Shown here piece by piece: positions 39,237 through 49,000 of a stretch of DNA of 53,664 bases; the first letter of the stretch is position 1, and each line of letters begins with the position of its first letter. Source of the stretch: Ghiorsea sp. (GTDB lineage: Bacteria; Pseudomonadota; Zetaproteobacteria; Mariprofundales; Mariprofundaceae); assembly GCA_027059605.1 (NCBI GenBank), contig JALSZC010000068.1, forward strand, positions 1-53,664, read 5' to 3'. The notes beneath the pieces were generated by a model. That model was not told where the DNA came from and made no database searches. It saw only the letters and a program-made list of their open reading frames with translations. Made by a program: the position numbers and the translations under genes.

Positions 39237-40744
39237 TTTGTAGAGCTAGGTATCTGTCGAGCATATTGCACAGCGGCTACTCTTGAGAGCCATGCAAGCA
39301 GCCCCATCGTTATCATAAATGATAACATCATCGGTGGTGCATAGGGCAAGTCATTGCGATATAAAATTGCCAAGAAGAACAAAGGGACAATGGTTTGCAA
39401 CCCATGTGCCATCGCCTTTAAATGTTCTGCCTGTAATATGCGTACCAACCGCCCCGCCAAACGAAATAAACGCCAAAACAACCAGCTTATAAGCAAAAGA
39501 CCAAAAATACCAAAGTCCCATAAAATTAAGGCAAGCCCTGTTCGGTCAATATCTCTAGGAACATACTTCTTAGCAATAGTACCTTTTTCCAAGCCACCAG
39601 TTTTAGAAGCTGAAGGACCATGCCCAAATAAAATAGGTATGGGATTGATTGCAGTCTGCTTATCCCACCAGAATGTTAACACCTCCACTCTCGTCATCAC
39701 ACCTTCTTCCTGCTTGGCATTACCCACTTCACTCTGAAAAGAATATGCAAACATTTTCATCATATTTTGAGACATATCACCGCCTTTACTCGACCAATGA
39801 TATGCTTGGTACACAAACAACATCACCAACATGGCTGCGGCACCCATAAATGATAATTTCAAGAAACGCATCGGATTTTTTATCGCTAAGTCTTTGTACA
39901 ACACAAACAATGCCACTGGTAAATAAATGAATAGTGCTTTTACCTCAATAAACAACATCGGCAACACCAGCAACGTCAAATACAACCATACACGCTTTTG
40001 TATCACTTTATAACGAACAAATGCTAAAAACATCATCAAGTTAAACACCAAGAATGCAGCCAATGCTCCAGTCATTCCACCAGAAGTAGGGCTACCCCCA
40101 AATGTTCCCACCACCGTATCTGCAGAAGATGTAGAGGCTCCAAGAGCAACCAGGCTAGCCTTTACAAAAAACGACTGATACAACACTGGAATAATTTGAA
40201 TTAAAGCAATACCAAAAATAATCTTCAACCATAAGAAAACAGTTTTTTCATCAAGGTGAACCATTGTCAAATAAACAAAAACACCAGCCAACAACAACCA
40301 AACCTTCACTGATACCAATAACTGCATTGGAGGAATCCAATTTAATAATGCCGTCATCACAAAAAGCATAGCAAATAAAAATATAGGCATACCTATGCCC
40401 ATGTTTATTCTTGATGTATTCCCTGACGTAATAAGCTGAAAGAACGCAGGTATAAAAAGGATACCACCCAACACATAAGCTCCCCACCATACACTATCCA
40501 AACCTGGTATATTATAAACAATCGGACCACAGATGAGATAAGTAGTCACAATGCACAGCCACACTATTGTGTTGGGCATCCCCAAAAGAACCACACCAAA
40601 TATCGAACCAAAAAGAAGTATACCAAAACGAACATCACCAATGGATACAATACGCCCCAAAACCAACCCGATAAACATCAAAAAAAGAGCAGTAAATCCA
40701 AAAACAACATATTTCGCCTTGGATTGGAACAAATTACTTAACAT
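39233..40744 (-). CDS. wzy: Wzy-like polysaccharide polymerase / O-antigen-ligase-like membrane protein
   Basis: Polytopic membrane protein with a large C-terminal periplasmic loop (ILFGHGP...WDFGIFG), in a Wzx/GT operon. Confidence 0.7.
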   Translation of the reverse strand: MLSNLFQSKAKYVVFGFTALFLMFIGLVLGRIVSIGDVRFGILLFGSIFGVVLLGMPNTIVWLCIVTTYLICGPIVYNIPGLDSVWWGAYVLGGILFIPAFFQLITSGNTSRINMGIGMPIFLFAMLFVMTALLNWIPPMQLLVSVKVWLLLAGVFVYLTMVHLDEKTVFLWLKIIFGIALIQIIPVLYQSFFVKASLVALGASTSSADTVVGTFGGSPTSGGMTGALAAFLVFNLMMFLAFVRYKVIQKRVWLYLTLLVLPMLFIEVKALFIYLPVALFVLYKDLAIKNPMRFLKLSFMGAAAMLVMLFVYQAYHWSSKGGDMSQNMMKMFAYSFQSEVGNAKQEEGVMTRVEVLTFWWDKQTAINPIPILFGHGPSASKTGGLEKGTIAKKYVPRDIDRTGLALILWDFGIFGLLLISWLFWRLFRLAGRLVRILQAEHLKAMAHGLQTIVPLFFLAILYRNDLPYAPPMMLSFMITMGLLAWLSRVAAVQYARQIPSSTK

Positions 40745-41600
40745 CGGCAGTCCCAAAGCAACGTTGATAAGTCGGCCATGCGCATAAGTCCAAATTGGTC
40801 ATCTTTTGCAAATCCCGAATATCATCTCTAAAAACAGCGTCCAAATGCTGTATTTCACTTTCTGTCATCCTAGGCAAGTCCTCATGGATATTCTGCATAT
40901 TACTTTGCCTAATCGCACGTATCCATGATACAGACTTAATGTTTTTCACCATACTATCCAAGCCTAACAAGCGTAAAAACTTCGCCGTTTTTTTCAGCCC
41001 ACCCTCAAAAAAGTCTGACTTTGCTTGTTGTGATGGGTTGGCTTTCCGCTCTAAAAACACTGATTGGTAATCAGAATCAACATCTAAAAATTGATACACA
41101 TCACGTGCGACCATACTGGGTTGTTTTTGTATGTCCTCCTGTAGCAAAACCAACACTTGGTTTTCTGGAAAGGTAGAAAGCCAAATATCTAAGTATTTGG
41201 CATACATCGACTGATCGATATACATAGGATTATTCTCAAGTGCCTCGGTAAAAGTTAATCTAGCATCCACATGACCAAGCCTTATTTCATGGGCATGATG
41301 AGACATAATGCGAGCTATGGGGTCACGCAAACACACAATGATTTTCATGTCTGGGTGATACCGATAAACCCGCTCCGCAGCTCGCGAATCACAAAAATAG
41401 GATGGTGAATTTTCACCTGTTGCTAAAGCCTCTGAAAAATGGGATTCATACCAAGCAAACCCAAAATGATAATGATATGAAAAGAAATCAAGCTCTTTAG
41501 GGCTGCTCACTGCAACTTGTGGGTGGTCTTCTAAGATACGGTGTATCCAGGTGCTTGCACATTTTTGCACCCCAAGCCCAATAAATGAAGGTTTAGACAT
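40734..41600 (-). CDS. PAPS-dependent sulfotransferase
   Basis: PSFIGLGVQKCASTWI, KELDFF, GENSPSY and LRDPIARIMS. Confidence 0.92.
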   Translation of the reverse strand: MSKPSFIGLGVQKCASTWIHRILEDHPQVAVSSPKELDFFSYHYHFGFAWYESHFSEALATGENSPSYFCDSRAAERVYRYHPDMKIIVCLRDPIARIMSHHAHEIRLGHVDARLTFTEALENNPMYIDQSMYAKYLDIWLSTFPENQVLVLLQEDIQKQPSMVARDVYQFLDVDSDYQSVFLERKANPSQQAKSDFFEGGLKKTAKFLRLLGLDSMVKNIKSVSWIRAIRQSNMQNIHEDLPRMTESEIQHLDAVFRDDIRDLQKMTNLDLCAWPTYQRCFGTADVK

Positions 41601-42243
41601 TTTGAACTTAGAACTCCCAAAGTAGCAATATCGCTAAAAATAAAATGATTTAAAAAAAGGATAGCTCACCTCAACGTAATGAGCAAATAACAATAACAGT
41701 CATTAAGATATCATACGACACCTATACTATCCATTCATTTCTTCAAAACCTCTATTCATAAGCGAATAAGGAAAATCCTTACATACATTTAAACAGTCTA
41801 CCTATCCATAAGCAAGCCCCTGTAATCGATATATACCTATAGACACAGTCGAACAGTACACAGGAGCACCATCATGTTATCATACATTTATAAAATATTT
41901 GTATTCTTATTTATTACAAGCACGTTAGCTGCTTGTGGTAACACTACTTCGACAGAAAGCAAAGCTGCAACAGTCAGCAATGACTTCATGATAAGCTCAC
42001 GCACAGCCACCGTTATGCCTACAAATGCAGGGCATTATATTATTGCGACACACGGTGTTACTGATACTATCATTGCTACGCTTATAGATAACCCAGCCAT
42101 CAAAGGCATAAGCATTGTTTACAACTGGGTGGACTTAGAAACACAAAAAGGTGTGTATGACTTCTCTCGAATCGAAAACGACCTTGCTTTATTACGCCCA
42201 CTAAACAAACATCTTATTGTTATGATTCGTGATAAATCCTTTA

Positions 42244-42961
42244 GGGGCTGTCCCAGATAACTAGGATAAGTTATCATGAGGGGCAGTATGAGGAAGAGTC
42301 GATTAAGCCAATATAAGCAGATGAAACTGATAGAACATTTTGTATCAGGCAGTACGGCAAGATGTGCTGCTGAACTGGTTGGTGTAAATAGGAAAACAGC
42401 AGCATATTATTACCACCGTTTACGGGTAATTATTAGTGTTCATCTTGAGGAAGAAGCCCGTGAGTTTTTAGATGGTGAAATCGAAGTTGATGAGAGTTAT
42501 TTTGGTGGTCACAGAAAGGGCAAACGTGGCCGAGGTGCAGCAGATAAAGTTCCTGTTTTTGGTTTACTTAAAAGGGGTGGCAAGGTTTATACCAAGGTTA
42601 TACCTGATGCAAAATCATCCACTTTGATGCCGATTATTCAAAAGAAAGTGAAACCTGATAGTATTGTCTATACAGACTGTTGGAGGGGTTATAACGTGTT
42701 AGATATTTCCGAGTTTAAGCACTACAGAATTAACCACTCCAAACTGTTTGCGCACAAGCATAATCATATCAATGGAATTGAGAATTTCTGGAATCAAGCC
42801 AAGCGGCATATGCGTAAATTCAATGGCATTCCAAAGCAACACTTTTACTACTTTTTGAAGGAATGTGAGTGGCGTTTTAACTACTCTAATCCAAAACAAC
42901 AATTATCCATGTTAAAACAATGGGTTACAAAGAATAATGCCTAGTTATCTGGGACAGCCCC
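42244..42961 (+). mobile_element. IS1595-family (IS1016-like) insertion sequence, 718 bp
   Basis: Perfect 22-bp terminal IRs GGGGCTGTCCCAGATAACTAGG. 8-bp TSD ATCCTTTA at 42236-42243 and 42962-42969. Confidence 0.96.
42276..42944 (+). CDS. IS1595-family transposase
   Basis: GEIEVDESYFGG, IVYTDCWRGY, INHS, HINGIENFW and ECEWRFN. Confidence 0.96.
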   Translation: MRGSMRKSRLSQYKQMKLIEHFVSGSTARCAAELVGVNRKTAAYYYHRLRVIISVHLEEEAREFLDGEIEVDESYFGGHRKGKRGRGAADKVPVFGLLKRGGKVYTKVIPDAKSSTLMPIIQKKVKPDSIVYTDCWRGYNVLDISEFKHYRINHSKLFAHKHNHINGIENFWNQAKRHMRKFNGIPKQHFYYFLKECEWRFNYSNPKQQLSMLKQWVTKNNA

Positions 42962-43673
42962 ATCCTTTAAAAACAATCCTTTTATACCTGTACCTGAATA
43001 CTTAAGAACAGCCGAGTATCAAGGAGGGTATGCAACTGGTGACCATGAAATGATTGCAAAACGCTGGGTTCATAGTGTTGGAGTGCGCTTTAGAGCTTTA
43101 ATTACTGCGCTCGGCAGCCAATTTGATCTAGACCCTAACTTTGAAGCCATTAAAACCTCTGAAAGTGCAACAGGAAACATCAAATACTTCGCTGATTATG
43201 ATGCCAACCAATATGTTAACGAACTTAACTTCACTTCTTATGCTTTAGCTACAGCCTTCCCTAACACTGTAAAAATCATGTATCTCAACTGGATAGCAGG
43301 TGCTGGTGATATCGGAAGCAAGTTAAGCGAAGTTGCCGCGTTTGCAAAAGTAAATGGCGTGGGTATTGGTGGCCCTGATGTACACCCTGATGTGCAAATT
43401 CCTTCTTACGCTTTGTATCCTGCGCTTGCCAATGATGTTCCTCTCATGACTGATATACAGTGGAGCAACTTTGAGCATGTTTCCCCACAAGGTGATACAG
43501 ACCAACTTTTCAACTTTGCACTTTCAGAACTACACGTAAGTTATATTTGTTAGAAACTACGCTCTCCTTATGAACAAAACATACTCAATACAATCAATAA
43601 GTACCCTGTATTATAATAAAGATGAAGCCTCACCCTTTATCTTGTGACTAGATTTTTCTTGGAATGCTCTAAA

Positions 43674-46049
43674 CTAATATGCCGAAGTAGGTTTTACGCG
43701 GAAAAACACTTCATCACTTGCACCCTGAATATTGCTGCAAAACAAATAATAATCACCACGTTTCAACTGTAAATGGCGTGCATCAACCGATGACAAATCT
43801 TGCATTTGTTTACCATTCAAAAAACAGCTCACATTTGTATAACCTGAAGAAGACTCAATATTCAAATCAATAATCACATCCTCTCTGCCAAAAGATGGCA
43901 GTAAAATATACTCATCATCTTGTTTAGGATGCATAATTTCCAATGAACCATGCTCAGTCGCCTTACTTTCACATGCTGAATGAACTGCGGGTAACGTCAA
44001 TGTCGTTCCTTGGCGTACACCATACCAGCGTCTTACCAATACAGGTAAATCTAACAATCGCTTGCTTTGTGTTTGCATGCCTTTGTCACAACCTTTAAAA
44101 ACCCTTAAACCTGTTTTCTTATCTACCAACACTTGCTTGTGAAAAGGACATGTTTGATGCAGTGGATGTTCTCGAAGTGCCAACACTGTTTTTGTTTTGG
44201 GGCACGCAGAGGTAGGTGTATAACCTGAAAATGCACACACCTCAATTTCTTCTAGGGGTATGCCACGATGGTTGCGAACCGCTGCTGTACTTTTTTGTTT
44301 ATCTAAACCTTCCAGTATTTCAAACATTATAGGAGCTGCAGCAGTAGAACCTGTTAAAAACTGACTGGGTTTTTGATCTAGATTACCAAACCAGACCAAC
44401 ACCGTATATTGCTCGTTATAACCAATACTCCACGCATCACGTCGCCCCTGACTAGTACCTGTTTTCCAACGCACATCAGAGCGATATTTGGAAAAATCTT
44501 TGCGTGCAGGGAAATCAGGGCGATCGCGCTTACTCAAAGCTTCTTCCAACAACATAATCGTGCCTTCTGAAAACCAAGGTTGTGATTGTATATTGGTATT
44601 GGGTTGCAAATGTAGTGGTGCTGACAAACCGTGATTTGCCAAGTTTACATACAATGCCAGCAATTGAAGCGGTGTAAGCTCTACACCCCCAATAATCACC
44701 GATAAACCCAAGCCTCTACTGCGATCAAACTCCCAACCTATCCCAGACTCTAAGTAGCTCAAAAAATGCTCTACACCCACATCTTTAAGCAGTCGAACAA
44801 AGGGGATATTCAACGATTGTGATAAGGCATATTCTGCCGTAACCAAACCCAAATATTTACCTGAGAAATTACCTGGCTTATACTCTTCGTAATGTGAGGG
44901 TACATCCAGCAACAAGCTCTGTGGCAGCAACCTCCCCGTCTCCAGTGCCATGGCATACAAAAAAGGTTTTAACGTTGACCCTGGCGAGCGGGCAACGTCA
45001 AAAGTACTAAAGCTTTGCCCATTTTTTCCACTCAAATACTCAAAATTACCAATCGCAGCACGGACTTCCCTACTTTTATTATCAGCCACCAAAATTGAAA
45101 CATTATGTATGCCAAGCTCCTGATATTTATGGTAAATCCTCGCCACCACTTGCTCAACCATACGCTGCACATCAATCGAAATACTGCTTTGCAGGTGCTG
45201 TTGTTGATATTTTTTCTTCAAATAATCTGTGTAATGGGGTGCTAACATAGGCATAGCAAGGCGGTGCTTGGGCACAGACTCAAGCATGCCTAATCGCCGT
45301 TGTTTATCTGTGATGATATGTTTATCAAACAACTCATCCAGCACCCTAGCTTTAGAATTTTTCCACTGTTGCTCATTAAAAGCATACCAGCGCGACGGTG
45401 CTTGTGGCAAAAGTAATAACATCGCCATTTCACCTGCTGTAATCTCAGATACAGCATGACCAAAATAAATATACGATGCAGCATGAATACCCTCGATATT
45501 GCCGCCGTAAGGCGCATAGGATAAATACAGGCTTAAGATTTCTTTTTTAGTTAAATGTGTTTCCAATTGTATGGCACGAAAAGCTTCAATCAGCTTTGAC
45601 CATAAAGTGCGCGGTCTAGGCTCTAGTAGCCGCACCAACTGCATGGTAATCGTAGAGCCCCCACTAATCACACGTTGTGATTGAATATTCTGCAATACAG
45701 CACGGCCAATTGCCATGGGGTCAATCCCTATGTGCTGATAAAAACGTTTATCTTCTCGTGCTAACAATGCTGGGATAACAAATGCAGGCAGTGCATCTAT
45801 ATCCACAGGAAAACGCCAAACATCACCCTCTGCCAAATAAGGACGTAGCAGCACTCCATCACGTGAATATACCATCACTGAATAATCGACGGCAATACGT
45901 TTAGGCAAGGGAAGCAACCACAAAGCCAATACAAAAATAAGGCTACACACTATCACCAGATATAATATCCGATGATAATATCTAAATGGATTAAGGCTTC
46001 TGAATACTGACTTTATCATAACCTGAATATGCATGTTTTTCAGGCTCAT
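43674..46049 (-). CDS. pbpC: Penicillin-binding protein 1C (start uncertain, possibly 46019)
   Basis: Transglycosylase EDKRF and GGSTITMQ; transpeptidase STLK, SLN and KTG; directly downstream of alpha-2-macroglobulin. Confidence 0.92.
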   Translation of the reverse strand: MSLKNMHIQVMIKSVFRSLNPFRYYHRILYLVIVCSLIFVLALWLLPLPKRIAVDYSVMVYSRDGVLLRPYLAEGDVWRFPVDIDALPAFVIPALLAREDKRFYQHIGIDPMAIGRAVLQNIQSQRVISGGSTITMQLVRLLEPRPRTLWSKLIEAFRAIQLETHLTKKEILSLYLSYAPYGGNIEGIHAASYIYFGHAVSEITAGEMAMLLLLPQAPSRWYAFNEQQWKNSKARVLDELFDKHIITDKQRRLGMLESVPKHRLAMPMLAPHYTDYLKKKYQQQHLQSSISIDVQRMVEQVVARIYHKYQELGIHNVSILVADNKSREVRAAIGNFEYLSGKNGQSFSTFDVARSPGSTLKPFLYAMALETGRLLPQSLLLDVPSHYEEYKPGNFSGKYLGLVTAEYALSQSLNIPFVRLLKDVGVEHFLSYLESGIGWEFDRSRGLGLSVIIGGVELTPLQLLALYVNLANHGLSAPLHLQPNTNIQSQPWFSEGTIMLLEEALSKRDRPDFPARKDFSKYRSDVRWKTGTSQGRRDAWSIGYNEQYTVLVWFGNLDQKPSQFLTGSTAAAPIMFEILEGLDKQKSTAAVRNHRGIPLEEIEVCAFSGYTPTSACPKTKTVLALREHPLHQTCPFHKQVLVDKKTGLRVFKGCDKGMQTQSKRLLDLPVLVRRWYGVRQGTTLTLPAVHSACESKATEHGSLEIMHPKQDDEYILLPSFGREDVIIDLNIESSSGYTNVSCFLNGKQMQDLSSVDARHLQLKRGDYYLFCSNIQGASDEVFFRVKPTSAY

Positions 46050-49000
46050 ACATGGCTTCTATTTTGGCTGGAGCCGCTGTAAAATTACCCACACTCACAG
46101 CCCGAACAATATAGTGATACTGCAAGCTACGAGCAGCTTGTGAAGCACGCGGCACACTGCCAAAGATATTGATTCTATCATCTTTTCTATCCACGTATTC
46201 AGGTTTAAACACCATTTTTTCATCAATCCAAGGCATCGCATCATTACGTCCTAAATTGGTATTTTCAATTTCAAAACCAACAGGAATACGATCTGACACC
46301 GCAATATTATCCAATGTATTGCCTGAATGGTTGGATAAAGATAGGCGCACGACCAGCAACTGACCCTGCTTGATATGCGTAATATCTATAGGTTTACCCT
46401 GTAGTGATAAATAATCACGCTTAATCGCAAGTGATGTGCTGGTTGTAAGTGCTGCAAGGCTTTTGCTGTATCCCGATACTGTGGCATATAAAAAAGGTGC
46501 TTTATCACCCTTGAATTGCAAACTTAAAGATTTATCCAAGGGCACTTGTGTGTTGTAAAAATGCCAACCCGTAACCTGTTTATCTTGGCTGCTCGGCGGC
46601 AATATTTTCTTGCCCACTTTTAGACCTATGCCTTGAATAGAAGCACCTTGATAGCGACTAGCAATTTTACCTAACGCACTCACAGACCATGCAACTTCTT
46701 GTGTATTCAAATAGCGTGCATGCGCTAGTTTTTTAGCTACTTTCTGTGTTAGAGCGTCCAAACGTGAGTCATTGGGCCAGACATCTTCAGCTAAACTTAA
46801 TCGCATGGCATCCGTTCGTGATGATGACCAATAACTGCCATTGTAATCTCTACCTTTAGCATCCACGATGCTTAATAGGTTATAATCTTTCATCATTTGT
46901 TCAGCCAACTGCTTTTCTCCTGCCATATGTGCAGCCAGCATAACCAAAAAGCGGTTTTCCAACACCCTGCCACCACGCCATGAGCCCTGTTTTGCCAACT
47001 TACGAATCAATGACTTCTGATGTTTACCTGCAAGGCCAAGTACAAATACCATATAGGGCTCTGCATCGGCATAATAATAGTGCTGATTACGCCATTGATA
47101 TTGTCTTGTTGTTAATGCTTCTTCCATAAAGGTCAAGGCATCTTGCAAAGCATGTTGAGGCACATCATAACCTTCTGCTTTGGCTTTGAGCAGCAAGTGT
47201 GTTGCATAAGCTGTACCCCAAAGCACTGGCTCTGCACCACCTGGCCAATACGCAAAACCACCTGAAATCGTTTGCATGCTTAACAAACGGTTTAGACCGT
47301 GATATACCATGTCTGTTATATTTTTACCTTGCAGTGCTTCAGGGTTGGTCGCAGCCAACACTTTCTCTACATACAACAAAGGCATGGTGCTTGATGTTGT
47401 TTGCTCAATGCAACCATAAGGGTAATGAATCAAATAACCCAAACGTTTCAACTCAGATATATACGGAAGCGCACTCACCGCAAAACGTACTTTCAAGCCA
47501 TTATCTCGCAAATTATCAGGTATATAGTCCGCCAGTTTAAAGCTTTTCTCTGTGGGTAATACCAAATGCGTAGTCTGCTCTGGTGAAAGCGGAATAATGG
47601 GCAAAGTTGAGCTATCCTTCGTCTCTATGTCCCCTGCTTCGACCTTAAACTGAAATGATGCTTTGCCATCAAATGCCTGAACTTCAGCAGGGAAGAATAA
47701 AGTAGCAGACTGCATATCAGCAATCTCAACCACCTGCGTTGTTTGCTTGAGTAATACACTTTGCGAAGCTGATACAGTTGCTTTCACTTTTTGTGTCTTT
47801 CCTGTCATGTTCACAACAAACACAGGGATTTCAAAGCTATCCCCCCATTGTAGGAAGCGTGGCAAGGTAGGCTGCATCACCAAAGGATCTCGCACGGTAA
47901 CAAATTTCTCGCTATGCCCCACTTTTCCATCTTGTGCAGCCACAACCATTACCCGCACCTTGCCTTGGAACGAAGGAATCGGCACTCGCACTTCCGCTTT
48001 ACCTTGTGCATCTGATTGCACCACACCTGACCATGAAGATACCAAACGCACAGGCATCACCCTACCCGTAGCATTTTTTGCGGCATCTGCGCCACCACCA
48101 ATTTGCCCTTGTTTTTTCGCCATATTACGAGGAAATGTCCAACCAATGGTTTCAAATGTCGAAACACCCAAACGACGTGGCTCAAAGAAATAATCAAGCG
48201 GTTTTGGTGTTTGAAAACGTGTAAGTTGTAGAATACCTTGATCCACAACCGCAACAGTATATTCAGTAGACTTAGCATTATTACTGTTTAATTGGATAAC
48301 CAAATCATTCCCTGGGCGCATGGTATCAGGTACGGTGGTGGATACATTGAGAATAAAATCTTGTGGAACCACTTTCAACGAGGCACTTCCCCACGCCCGA
48401 GCAGGCACATACATATGCCCTTCTTTCGGGTCTTTAATCACCAACAATGAAGCATATACATTGGGTAAAAAGTCAGGTGTTTGTATCGTGATACTATTGT
48501 GTCCTTTTTTCACAGCAATCCACTGGCTTTCCAATACGGTTTCGGCTTCAAGCGCAAACAATGCTTGACCTGCAAATGGCGAATCAAAATTAAAGGTTAC
48601 ATCATCACCAACATGCGCTTCTTTTACCGATGCAATCAACTCGATTTGGTCGGGAGAACGCGGCTTATTGCCACTGACATTTCGACCCCATGAGTAACCC
48701 ATGGCAACGACTAAGTCCGACACCTGCTTACTATCCACAGCTTGTGCACGAACAACATACCTGCCCCACGCCATTTGCGTATGAAGTTGTGCCTCAAAGT
48801 GCCCTTGCTTCATATCAACAATTGTAGTGTCACCTTCGCGCATCAAAATATCTTCACTTTGCCATGTATTGTAGCCTAATCTTGGATTCCAAGCATAAGT
48901 CCAATTGCTATAAATCTGATATAACGACAACTGAATTTTAGCATCTTGTTTGACATCCTGACCTTGGGGTGTAAACAACTTGCCTTCAAGGCTTATGTTT

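Larger units (their letters stand above)
41874..43616 (+). pseudogene. GH-like TIM-barrel lipoprotein gene disrupted by IS (and probably a late amber)
   Basis: Lipobox LAAC and YNWVDLETQKGVYDFS. Removing the IS and one TSD copy joins 41874-42243 in frame to 42970-43553 (DKSF-KNNPFIPVPEYL...MIAKRW). The frame stays open past TAG 43551 to TAA 43614. Confidence 0.85.

Noticed and set aside
2465-43553. Amber recoding (two apparent Trp-to-TAG sites at 2465 and 43551)
   Set aside because: TAG is a normal stop for intact genes here (10656, 28204, 42944, 43674), and both sites lie in decaying genes.
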